From: Bdellovibrionales bacterium
GTDB lineage: Bacteria > Bdellovibrionota > Bdellovibrionia > Bdellovibrionales > JAMPXM01
Reading direction: 5' to 3'
Assembly (NCBI GenBank): GCA_043739185.1
Contig: JAYUEN010000155.1
Location: forward strand, 30,732 to 94,731
DNA: 64,000 nt
Shown: positions 38,136 to 46,971 of the stretch, in pieces
How positions within the stretch are numbered: the first letter of the stretch is position 1
How the letters are laid out: each line of letters opens with the position of its first letter
The notes under the pieces: generated by a model
The model's database searches: none
Seen by the model: only the letters and a program-made list of their open reading frames with translations
Told to the model about the DNA's origin: nothing
Position numbers and translations under genes: made by a program

Positions 38136-38305
38136 ATTGATTTAACTACGCCAATAAATTCAGGCCGCCGAACATCGGTGGCCAATAAGAGTAGTAGGTT
38201 ATGGGGCAGGTCATATGCAGAACATATGCCGAGGATTTTTGGGGGATATAGCTTCGTATTTGAGTTGATTCATTGAGAGTGTCGTTTTCGAGCATGGCTG
38301 GGCCC

Positions 38306-38409
38306 CGAAATGTACCTGCTTAGTTTTGGAGGCGCTCCGCGTAGGTGCTTTTTTATCGAGAAGCATGGTTATACGCGGGGCGCCTCCAAAACTAAGCAGG
38401 TACATTTCG
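38306..38409. repeat. Long near-perfect inverted repeat (37/38 bp arms, 28-nt loop) 30 nt upstream of the MFS start codon
   Basis: Arms 38306-38343 and 38372-38409 were checked base by base. 29 consecutive pairs are perfect, and the single mismatch at 38336/38379 is a T/G. The repeat produces mirrored 'MYLLSFGGAP' ORFs on both strands in the ORF track. Confidence 0.9.
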
Positions 38410-38438
38410 AAAAAACTTGCGTAGCCTTGAATATAGAT

Positions 38439-39872
38439 ATGCCAGACAGTCACGTTGAAAAACTATCGCCGCGAATTAAAAAATTGCTTCCTTGGTTGGT
38501 GGCCATTGCATTTTTTATGGAGTCACTTGATACCACGATCCTCAATACAGCTATGCCTATAATGGCAAAAGCTTTGGGTGTAGTTCCTTTAAGTATGAAA
38601 TCAGTTTTAAGTAGCTATACTTTGAGTTTGGCGGTTTTCATTCCGGTGAGCAGCTGGATGGCTGATCGTTTTGGTACCAGAAAGGTTTTTAGCGGAGCCA
38701 TCGCGACCTTTACCTTGGGGTCTCTCTTATGTGGGCTTGCAAGCAATATTCATTTTTTAGTTTTATGTCGCATCATTCAAGGTTGTGGTGGCGCGATGAT
38801 GGTACCTGTGGGCCGCCTGACATTGGTGCGTTCGTTTGCAAGATCAGAGTTGGTTCGTGCGATGAGCTTCGTTGCAATTCCGGCTTTGATCGGACCCATG
38901 CTCGGCCCACTGGCCGGCGGCTTTATCGTGGGATATCTCAATTGGCGCATGATATTTTTTGTGAATCTTCCTATTGGGATTTTGGGTTTTGTTTGGGTTC
39001 AGAAATATTTGCCAGATTATCTAGAAGAAAAAACTAAAAAATTAGATTTGGTAGGACTGGTCCTTTTTGGTACTGGAGTGGGACTGCTTTCTTATATTTT
39101 AGAGGTCTTTGGTGAACACACACTTACCAGTCGTGAAATTTTAAGCCTGCTTGGACTATCAGTAGCCCTACTGGGAGCCTATGTTTACCATGCATTTAAT
39201 TATCCCAATCCCGTACTTCGTCTGCGCATTTTAAAAATTCGCACTCTGCGTGCGACTGTATTTGGTAATTTTTTTACCCGTATCGGAGTCGGCGGAATGC
39301 CGTTTCTCTTGCCACTTTTATATCAAGTGGGATTGGGATTCTCTCCGATTCAGTCGGGCCTTTTGATTGTTCCTCAAACTATTACTTCAATTTTTTTTCG
39401 ATTTTGGATTTTGAAAATCATTGCGCGGTTTGGATTTCGCAATTTACTGCTCGCAAATACCATCGTAATGGGCTTGGTCATTATGCATTTTGCAAGTATC
39501 GACAGCCAAACAAAGATTTGGTTGATTGTCATACAGGCCTGCGCCTTTGGTGCGGTTTCGTCGCTACAATTTACCAGTATGAATTGTTTAGCTTATGCCG
39601 ATGTCAGCGAAAAAAATACCGGCATGGCCAATACCATGATCAGTACAGTTCAACAAATGTCCTTAAGCTTTGGGGTTGCGGCCGCGTCTTTGGTGACGAG
39701 CTTTTTCGTAGAAGATCGATTTCATGCAAGTTCGGTCGAGATGATTTCAGGAATTCATAAGGCATTTATGGTCTTGGGCATTCTAACTATATTTTCGGCT
39801 ATTGGATTTTCAGAACTCAAAGTGGATGATGGAGAGAATGTTAGCAATCATCACCACCAACATCACCACTGA
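38439..39872 (+). CDS. MFS transporter, 14-TM DHA2/EmrB-like drug:H+ antiporter family, with a C-terminal HHHQHHH tail
   Basis: It contains 'FMESLDTTILNTAMP', 'SWMADRFGTRKV' and 'RIIQGCGGAMMVP'. The ATG at 38439 is preferred because the 38310 start lies inside the palindrome. Confidence 0.85.
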   Translation: MPDSHVEKLSPRIKKLLPWLVAIAFFMESLDTTILNTAMPIMAKALGVVPLSMKSVLSSYTLSLAVFIPVSSWMADRFGTRKVFSGAIATFTLGSLLCGLASNIHFLVLCRIIQGCGGAMMVPVGRLTLVRSFARSELVRAMSFVAIPALIGPMLGPLAGGFIVGYLNWRMIFFVNLPIGILGFVWVQKYLPDYLEEKTKKLDLVGLVLFGTGVGLLSYILEVFGEHTLTSREILSLLGLSVALLGAYVYHAFNYPNPVLRLRILKIRTLRATVFGNFFTRIGVGGMPFLLPLLYQVGLGFSPIQSGLLIVPQTITSIFFRFWILKIIARFGFRNLLLANTIVMGLVIMHFASIDSQTKIWLIVIQACAFGAVSSLQFTSMNCLAYADVSEKNTGMANTMISTVQQMSLSFGVAAASLVTSFFVEDRFHASSVEMISGIHKAFMVLGILTIFSAIGFSELKVDDGENVSNHHHQHHH

Positions 39873-39880
39873 GTGGAAAT

Positions 39881-40000
39881 GAGCCCAAAAGGAATGGGAT
39901 CTTCGTTGCCTTCGTCGTTCGCTTTTTCGGCCTACCCGAAGTAGGCCGCCGCGCTCTCTCCTCGGGTGCCTCGATCGCATTCATTTTGGACTCATCTCAA
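39881..40000. repeat. GC-rich palindromic intergenic element between convergent genes
   Basis: The 21-nt terminal inverted repeats at 39881-39901 and 39973-39993 are 18/21 complementary. A central hairpin cggcctac-ccgaa-gtaggccg lies at 39928-39948. It shares ordered k-mers with the element at 660-770. Confidence 0.6.
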
Positions 40001-40014
40001 TATGAGAATATTAG

Positions 40015-40857
40015 TTATTGTAGGCCGTTTCCGCGAAGTATTCTGAGGGTCATTTCTTTCGCCTGCTCGCCGCCTGGGCGCTTCAAACTTTGTGCATCAT
40101 TGTCGAGAAATTTTAATACAGTTAAGAGTTGAAAGCCGTGGCCCTCGATGTGGCCAAGAAACCACCCAATACGAGTTCGCCCACGTTCACCAACAAAGCC
40201 AGAGCCGGTCTTGCCACTTAAAAAGAATCCGTGAGGGAGACTTTCAAGTTGAGTAATCATTTTGGTTTTTTTATAGGCTTCTAATGAAATTTTAAAACTT
40301 TGCTTCCAGTAGCCTTTCATAAATTCAAGTTGCTCTTTCGGGGAAATCAGAAGACTCGCAGCACCTGGTCCCTTCGATTTTGTACTGAGCCAAGCCGTGG
40401 TGAGCCCTGCAGAGAAATCTTGATTCCCGTAATTGAACATTTTCAAATATTCGGAGATTTTCTCTTTGCCAAGTTCTGGAGTTAAAGTTTGGGAAACCCA
40501 GACGACTGAATCCTTCATCCAACTCTCGGGGTTTTGATCTTGATTCCATGAACTGATCGGGCGATTCACGCCATCCCACTTGAAATTGGTCTTCTCATCT
40601 GCAATTAAATTTGCATCAAAGGCCATCAATGCAAGCGGAATCTTAAAGGTCGATGTTGCCGGCGCACGTTCGGTGCAATTACTTCCGCCACGTTCGGCTA
40701 CTATCTTTTCGGTATTGAGATCGTAAGCAATAAAACAAGCTTCAAGATCGCGAAAAATTTCATCTTTAACTTTGAGTTTACCTGAGCCTGGCTTTCTCAA
40801 TGAAGCACAGCTTGAAAGTGTCATGAGCAGCAGGAGAAAGAGAGTAAAAAATTTCAT
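40015..40857 (-). CDS. Class D (OXA-type) beta-lactamase-like / penicillin-binding-domain lipoprotein
   Basis: It has the lipobox 'LSSC' and the class D motif set 'STFK', 'YGNQDFS' and 'SGKTGSG'. The ATG at 40857 follows GAGG, which overlaps the upstream stop. Confidence 0.8.
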   Translation of the reverse strand: MKFFTLFLLLLMTLSSCASLRKPGSGKLKVKDEIFRDLEACFIAYDLNTEKIVAERGGSNCTERAPATSTFKIPLALMAFDANLIADEKTNFKWDGVNRPISSWNQDQNPESWMKDSVVWVSQTLTPELGKEKISEYLKMFNYGNQDFSAGLTTAWLSTKSKGPGAASLLISPKEQLEFMKGYWKQSFKISLEAYKKTKMITQLESLPHGFFLSGKTGSGFVGERGRTRIGWFLGHIEGHGFQLLTVLKFLDNDAQSLKRPGGEQAKEMTLRILRGNGLQ

Positions 40858-40865
40858 ATTCAACC

Positions 40866-42116
40866 TCAAAACCTTTCATCTATAATTCGTTTTAACTTTC
40901 CGGTGCGTAGATTCGAAAGCAATTCATGTGGCGCCACAAATTCAATAAGAACAGGGTGCATTTTTTTGTTCTGAACGAGATCGCGACAGACGGGTCGTTC
41001 TCGCTCGAGGTGTCTTTGCAGTTCTTCGGCGGTAATTTTGCCGATACTGGTTTTGGCAATGCGAATGACCAGTTGATCTAGTTTCTCAAAATGTTTGATA
41101 ATGAGTTGAAAACCAGAAGACTTTAGTTCATTTTGAAATGGATGCAGAAAGCTTGCAAGATCGTCATAGTAAAGTGTTGTAGGGCCAACACGCGCGCCCT
41201 CTTCAGAGCGGCCGAGGATTCTAAATTTACGTTCATTTTGAACGGACTCAGAATCGATCCATTCTCCCATATCGCCAACAGGATAGCGAATGATGGGCAT
41301 CAATCTTCGAGTCAGATTGGTTAGAATTATTTTGCCTCGCTGGCCGGTCTTGTGAATGGGTAGACCTGTATCTGGATCAATAATTTCAAGAATTGAATGT
41401 TTTGAAAATACTCGGTGTTCTTCAGGAGAACAACTGGCGTCAGCAAAGCCAATGTGGCCGCCATCTACGCTGGCATATCCGATCGATCGAATTTGCACTC
41501 CGGGAAAAAGTGAAGTCAAATGCTCGCGTTGATCGGGATAAAAACTTTCGCCTCCAAAAAGAACTTTACTTGGTGGCTGGGCATTGGCTTTGGAGACACT
41601 CTCGGCAATTTTCATTAGAGTTGTTGGCGGGCCGGCCCAAACATCTACTTTAAATTCATTTAAAATTTTCAAGATGCTTTCGATTTCGGCCATTCCACTC
41701 AGTGGCAATTGTATAGTTTGGCAGTTTGAACTTTCAATAGCCTTCATAATAAAAATAAAAGAAGCATAAAGATCACCGGCGTAAAAAAAATTAGCAATGC
41801 GTTCGCCGTTTTGAATGGCCATGCGACTCATTCCTTGGCCAAAGATATCAGCAAGGACTTGCCATTCGTCCCTTGAGAAATACGAAAATTTGGCATTGCC
41901 TGAGGTGCCACCACTTTTAAATACGATGCCATCTTTTTGTGGACCGGTTAAAACTTGGTTCTTGATCGGAGCGTTCATAGGCCAAAACTGACTGCTATCA
42001 ATAAGGGGCAATTCTTCGATTTTGGGCTGCGCTGAAAGATTTTTATAAAGATCCTTATAAAAAGGCGAATTCTTTTTGGCAAATTGATAAAGGATTAAAA
42101 ACGTATCGGGCTGCAT
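40866..42116 (-). CDS. PaaK/coenzyme-F390-synthetase-like adenylate-forming ligase
   Basis: It contains 'FKSGGTSGNAKFSYFSRDEW', 'YPVGDMGEW' and C-terminal 'GKLKRIIDER'. The ATG at 42116 lies 1 nt after the upstream stop and follows AGAGG. Confidence 0.75.
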   Translation of the reverse strand: MQPDTFLILYQFAKKNSPFYKDLYKNLSAQPKIEELPLIDSSQFWPMNAPIKNQVLTGPQKDGIVFKSGGTSGNAKFSYFSRDEWQVLADIFGQGMSRMAIQNGERIANFFYAGDLYASFIFIMKAIESSNCQTIQLPLSGMAEIESILKILNEFKVDVWAGPPTTLMKIAESVSKANAQPPSKVLFGGESFYPDQREHLTSLFPGVQIRSIGYASVDGGHIGFADASCSPEEHRVFSKHSILEIIDPDTGLPIHKTGQRGKIILTNLTRRLMPIIRYPVGDMGEWIDSESVQNERKFRILGRSEEGARVGPTTLYYDDLASFLHPFQNELKSSGFQLIIKHFEKLDQLVIRIAKTSIGKITAEELQRHLERERPVCRDLVQNKKMHPVLIEFVAPHELLSNLRTGKLKRIIDERF

Positions 42117-42117
42117 T

Positions 42118-44649
42118 TCAATGTCCTCTTTGGTCAATAATTCTTAAGAGTTTACCGCTACCGGCTGATCTTACAAATTGAGTTTTGTCTGCGGGTTTAA
42201 TTATAAGTTCAAGCGACTTCTCATCGGTCACAAGTTCGAAAAGATCAGGATACTTAACCAGCAGTGCATTTTTGATTTCTTCAATGCTAAGCTTTGGATT
42301 GGCTGCAAGCACTGAATGATCAAGAACCAAAGTCAATTGATCGAGAGTTTTGGGCTTGGTTAAAATAATTTGATACTCATGAGAGTATGAAAACTCATTG
42401 GCTAGCACTTGGCCAAATTTATTGTAATTTAAAAAAGCTCCGGCAGCGCGAAAGATGTCTCCATGGCGTCCTAGCAGCTCAAATCTGGGAGAAAGACGCC
42501 CGCATTTGCAAGGTTCTTTCACCCAAGTACCTAAGTCGCCTAGATCGTAGCGTAGCAGATTGAGTCCTTGGCGACCATAGCTCGTAAATACCAGGCGACC
42601 TGGTTCAGAGGCTTTTACTGGAAGCTCATTTTCTAAATTGAGTATCTCGAGATGATGAAGATATTGATGGAGGTGATGAACTCCCGGCTCACAATAAAGA
42701 CATTGATAGCCGAGAGGGCCCATATCAACGCTACCATAAGTGGCCGAAATAATCGACTGAATGCCAAAGTCCTTTTTAAATCTCTCAATTTGCTTTTTAT
42801 TAAAAGCTTCGCCGCCATAAAATATCTTTTCGACAACCGGATGCTTTTTAAATAGTGCAGCTTGGGAATCAAAAAGCAGGGTGAGGTAGGAGGGCATTCC
42901 CATTAAAACATTCACTTTATTTTTGACGATGATATTTGCGACATATTCAAAATCCATATGAGCAGTCATCGGAAACTGCACCGCCTTTAAATCTTCAAGA
43001 ACTGAAAAGATACTCAAAAAACTTCCGTACAAACCGCCACTGAAAAAAAGATTCATACATTTATCAGTTGCGGGATTGAGACCAGCAGCAAGCAGGCCGT
43101 CAGAGGCAAAGCGCATTTGTCGGTGATAATCGAGATAGGTAAAAACTGATATCTTGGGCTCGCCTGAGCTTCCGCCGCTTTTGAAATACAATTCGGCGGC
43201 ATCAGCAGGTGGAGTCATTTTCTGAAAATCTTCTTTGGTCATCAGGCGATTTGGCAAATTGATGAGCTCAATTTTATTGAGATGCAAATCATCAAGAGTG
43301 GCATATTGATTGATTTCGACATTCTGTTGCAGGCTGACCTTTTTCATATAGCGGGTTAATGCAGAAACTCCGTCGTGTGGCTCGCCAGCATAACTATCGA
43401 GCATTTCACCAAGGGGACGAATACGTGTGACGCCAGCTTTAAAGAGAATTTGCATGAGTTCAAAGAGTTCATTTCTTTCACAGGAAAGTCCTGCGGTTTG
43501 CAAATATTGACTCAAAGGTCGTAAATGTGAAAGCAACTGCTGGCGCTTTATAGGCTTTAGCCAAATGCTGCGATACAGAGGTGATGCCCTAAGCCCCGGG
43601 CGACTGTCAATTAAGATACGCCATTTGCGATCAGGATCTTCAATGACCTTAGTGAAGTTTCGCGAAAGCGCACTCTCGGTTTCATTCACCAATACGACTC
43701 TTGAGATTTCGGCACTCTCAAGACCCTCTGGCATATTGAGCTTTTGAAGTTTCGCTCGCTTTTCAAAAGCCAATTTTAAAACCTGTGCGAATTCTTCGAG
43801 CTGTTCAAAACTTGCATCTTCAATAAAAACGCACTGTGGAGAAGAGCAGGCTTGTTGATCAAAGAGAAAAACATCGGTTGCAATGAGCTCGGCTAAATTC
43901 GCATCTGTTAGTTTTTTCTGGGTCAGATAAGAAAAAGAAATGCGATGGCCCCATTCAATTAGGCGTGCTCTCGCTGGCGTCATTTTTCGAATTTCAATCA
44001 AAGACTCTTCTCCGCCCCAGGCGACGACGCCATCTGCTTCGTCCAATATAGATTGAAGAAGTGTTTTTTCAGAGGACGAGATTTTGGCAATAATCAGTAA
44101 CTGTTGCCAGCATTTTGCGACCGGGTCTCTGAAAAATTCTTCAAAAAATAAAATTGTGAAATCACTGCTACTTTTACTGAGTTTAATAAAATTAATATTT
44201 CCGGTTAGGAGACCTTCAAAGGCGCTGAGAACTGCTAGCGAAGGAGAGTTTGCAGCTAGAAACTGCACTAGGAAACCAAGCGGGCACCAGGCTTCAAAGA
44301 TGGGAAATTGCCGAGAGACTTTTTGCGAGCGAAAAGGGTTGTCTGAGCCGAACTCTGAATACATTTTTGCGCGAAGTGCTTTTTCTTCGATGAATTGCTT
44401 GATTTCATTTAGGGCTATAGTGGCATCTTCAGAATTGCATTCACCTGAATCGACCAATGATTTGACCAAATGATTTCGCAGCTTTTGATCGGAAATTAAT
44501 TTTTGTGAAAAGCGATCGCAGGCGCGATAAAATTCGTCAATATTAAATGCAACATCGTGACCTTTAAAAATATATTCGTTAAGGCGAACGCAGCGCTTTT
44601 CAAGTTCAATATTTGATATGAGGTCGCCTTGCCAGAAGTTTTGACTCAT
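42118..44649 (-). CDS. Fusion protein: N-terminal LuxC-like acyl-CoA reductase (ALDH fold) plus C-terminal PaaK-like adenylate-forming ligase
   Basis: The N-terminal half has the 'FDQQACSSPQCVFIED' catalytic-Cys motif typical of LuxC. The C-terminal half has 'FKSGGSSGEPKISVFT', 'YDLGDLGTW' and 'GKLLRIIDQR', and is paralogous to the next gene. An ATGA overlap links it to the upstream gene. Confidence 0.7.
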   Translation of the reverse strand: MSQNFWQGDLISNIELEKRCVRLNEYIFKGHDVAFNIDEFYRACDRFSQKLISDQKLRNHLVKSLVDSGECNSEDATIALNEIKQFIEEKALRAKMYSEFGSDNPFRSQKVSRQFPIFEAWCPLGFLVQFLAANSPSLAVLSAFEGLLTGNINFIKLSKSSSDFTILFFEEFFRDPVAKCWQQLLIIAKISSSEKTLLQSILDEADGVVAWGGEESLIEIRKMTPARARLIEWGHRISFSYLTQKKLTDANLAELIATDVFLFDQQACSSPQCVFIEDASFEQLEEFAQVLKLAFEKRAKLQKLNMPEGLESAEISRVVLVNETESALSRNFTKVIEDPDRKWRILIDSRPGLRASPLYRSIWLKPIKRQQLLSHLRPLSQYLQTAGLSCERNELFELMQILFKAGVTRIRPLGEMLDSYAGEPHDGVSALTRYMKKVSLQQNVEINQYATLDDLHLNKIELINLPNRLMTKEDFQKMTPPADAAELYFKSGGSSGEPKISVFTYLDYHRQMRFASDGLLAAGLNPATDKCMNLFFSGGLYGSFLSIFSVLEDLKAVQFPMTAHMDFEYVANIIVKNKVNVLMGMPSYLTLLFDSQAALFKKHPVVEKIFYGGEAFNKKQIERFKKDFGIQSIISATYGSVDMGPLGYQCLYCEPGVHHLHQYLHHLEILNLENELPVKASEPGRLVFTSYGRQGLNLLRYDLGDLGTWVKEPCKCGRLSPRFELLGRHGDIFRAAGAFLNYNKFGQVLANEFSYSHEYQIILTKPKTLDQLTLVLDHSVLAANPKLSIEEIKNALLVKYPDLFELVTDEKSLELIIKPADKTQFVRSAGSGKLLRIIDQRGH

Positions 44650-45806
44650 GAAAAACTCCTGAGCATTTCAGATGCCGCAATGGCACAGCTCTTATTTTTT
44701 GAAATGCCTGCGCGTCCTAGAATGCTGAACCAATCGGTCGCAATATCGCAGCCACAATCTTGGGGCGGATGCAATATAGCCAAGTCACCCATCATGATAG
44801 AGTGCGCTGGGATCGAAGTTATGTAGGGGGAAATAAAATGCAAAAAGCCTTGCTTGCCATAGCCGAGAGGTTTCAGAGTTGAGAGGTCGCGAATGATGAC
44901 TTTCGAATAGACGGGCACATGAAAGTTGTGATTGCGACATTCTACATAGGGGATTGAATGTTCGACACTGCCAAACCCATCGCGTAGGCGTTCATTGGGA
45001 ATACCAAGTTGGGCCTCTGTAATTTTGTAAAAGTCCCGTTTATTGATTTCTTGATTGCTATGACCCTTCCAGCCGCCTCCTAAAAATACCAATGAATCAG
45101 AATGAAGTTTGAGTGCCGGGAGGCCAAGGTCAATCATGCGTTGAATGGTAAAATAAAAAAATGCCGGAAAGCCAAATATGCGAACTGGTAATGATTGCTC
45201 GGCAAAACTTTGAAGCGCTCGTATGCAGCCATACAAATCAAAATCATGTCCGCCTTTGCCATTTGATTTCAGTGCATAAACGACTTCTTGAGGAGGGGAA
45301 TATTTTAGAAGAAAGTTGTCGGTATAAGACGTCCCCAATTTGAGATTTGGCTGGGGCTCGTATGAGTAGAGCAAATAATTGGATGGCTGCTTGGTTGTCC
45401 ATTTGTATTCTGCGAAGATGGCATCGACCATGAGTTGCGCACAACCGAGGCTCCACTCATCAAAAAAAATCTGAGATTTTTGGCCAGTGGTTCCTGAAGA
45501 AGTTAAATGAAGGATGACATCTTGATCTGGAATAGATTTGACTTCGTGAAGTTTGAAAAAATCTGCCGGAATTATTGGAATATTTTCTAGATCTCCTTGC
45601 CAGTTCTCAATGCTGAAATTGAGTTTCTTAAGCAGGCTTGCATAGAAGCTCGATTTTTCTCGATGCCAAGTCATGATTTCTTTCATGGATTCTCGAAAAA
45701 TCTCTTCATATTTTTCAGGCTGCGAATAAGGGCGCTCAAGCGTACAAAGTAACTGTGTATTTTTAAGTTTTAGTGGGGCCGGGGTTTTTAGCTCAGCTTT
45801 CTTCAT
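44646..45806 (-). CDS. LuxE-like acyl-protein synthetase
   Basis: It contains 'LHLTSSGTTGQKSQIFFDEWS' and 'LVFLGGGWK', and its size is typical of LuxE. The ATG at 45806 follows GGAG and overlaps the GNAT 3' end by 14 nt. Confidence 0.7.
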   Translation of the reverse strand: MKKAELKTPAPLKLKNTQLLCTLERPYSQPEKYEEIFRESMKEIMTWHREKSSFYASLLKKLNFSIENWQGDLENIPIIPADFFKLHEVKSIPDQDVILHLTSSGTTGQKSQIFFDEWSLGCAQLMVDAIFAEYKWTTKQPSNYLLYSYEPQPNLKLGTSYTDNFLLKYSPPQEVVYALKSNGKGGHDFDLYGCIRALQSFAEQSLPVRIFGFPAFFYFTIQRMIDLGLPALKLHSDSLVFLGGGWKGHSNQEINKRDFYKITEAQLGIPNERLRDGFGSVEHSIPYVECRNHNFHVPVYSKVIIRDLSTLKPLGYGKQGFLHFISPYITSIPAHSIMMGDLAILHPPQDCGCDIATDWFSILGRAGISKNKSCAIAASEMLRSFS

Positions 45807-46971
45807 CAAAAACTCCAAGGACTTCAAGATGCATGGTTTTCCAAAGTTTTACATATTGGTCAATGTATGGCCGGAAGGACTTTTCAAGATGCATGCCGCG
45901 AAAATTAAGTGGCTCCATACTTCGAGACATCAGTACCATATCGATCAAATTTTCTTTGTCCTGAACCATGGCGGGATAAATTGCAGAAGGTAAAAAATTA
46001 ACATCAAGTAGAGCTTCAAGACCCAAAATATTATCTACTTTAGTGAGAACTTCGACATACGAAACACCGTAATCTGAAAGTTGTTGCATAAGAGGTCTAA
46101 GTCGGCCGGCCATACTAAAAAGCGGCTGAGTATTGGCAACCCACGCACAATAACCGTCGGCTTCACTGAGGTAGCCAAAGATATCGACTTCACCATTCTT
46201 TGCACTCATAAGAAAATTTGGCATATGAAAGGGATAGAAGCGATCTAGCGGCTCTGAAAACGCCTCATAAAATTTGCGCTTCACATATTTAGGTGCATGA
46301 ATAAATTCAAATTCAAGTTTTTCACCCGTCGGCTGAGGTTTAACCATTTTGAGAAGTTTTGGGGCGGGATGTTTGCTTTTAATGAGCTTGCCCATTGCTT
46401 TGATAATGGGACCCAAGGCCTCTGGAACTTCTTTGACTGCACTTCTTCGATCTAAAATTTTTGGCCGAAATTTAGCCATCAAAGTAAGAGTTTCATAAAT
46501 GGCAAGTCGATGTGCGTTTGGGAATATGCCCAAAGGAATATAGCCATCTCTTAGCACTGCCAATTGCGGAGCAAGGTTAAGTGTTCGAGTGGTGGTATAG
46601 ACAGAATTGATCCCGCTTTTTTCACTGAGCAGAAAAGTCGAGCCGTAGTTTAATAAGGCAAAACCAATTCCTCTTTTTTGATGATCTTGGCTTACGACCA
46701 AGCCTTCGGTTCTTGCTATTTTATAAAAGCGATCCACTTCAAATACGCAAGACCCACAAATTTCCTTTGTCTTATTATCGACAGCGAGAATCCAAAGATC
46801 ATCAGGATCAATTATAATTCGAGTCATTTCATTGCGGTCTGTCCCGAGGGCGAGCGGATAAGTTGAGCCATAAATTTGAAAGTACAGAGTCAAAAGTTCT
46901 TGAGTATCATCGAGCTCGGCTCGTCTGATAAAATAACCCTTCCCTGAATCAATTTGTTCACCATGTTCCAT
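45793..46971 (-). CDS. GNAT-family N-acyltransferase, double-length (a probable degenerate second GNAT-like half)
   Basis: It contains 'YFIRRAELDD', 'LAVDNKTKEICGSCVFE' and the acyl-CoA pocket 'VVSQDHQKRGIGFALL'. The ATG at 46971 overlaps the MFS stop as TAATG. Confidence 0.7.
   Translation of the reverse strand: MEHGEQIDSGKGYFIRRAELDDTQELLTLYFQIYGSTYPLALGTDRNEMTRIIIDPDDLWILAVDNKTKEICGSCVFEVDRFYKIARTEGLVVSQDHQKRGIGFALLNYGSTFLLSEKSGINSVYTTTRTLNLAPQLAVLRDGYIPLGIFPNAHRLAIYETLTLMAKFRPKILDRRSAVKEVPEALGPIIKAMGKLIKSKHPAPKLLKMVKPQPTGEKLEFEFIHAPKYVKRKFYEAFSEPLDRFYPFHMPNFLMSAKNGEVDIFGYLSEADGYCAWVANTQPLFSMAGRLRPLMQQLSDYGVSYVEVLTKVDNILGLEALLDVNFLPSAIYPAMVQDKENLIDMVLMSRSMEPLNFRGMHLEKSFRPYIDQYVKLWKTMHLEVLGVFDEES

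Noticed and set aside
38211-38453. An 80-aa minus-strand ORF and the 5' extension of the plus-strand MFS ORF both begin 'MYLLSFGGAP'.
   Set aside because: Both are artefacts of the 104-bp palindrome, since the same arm read in both directions gives the same peptide. The real MFS start is most likely the ATG at 38439.
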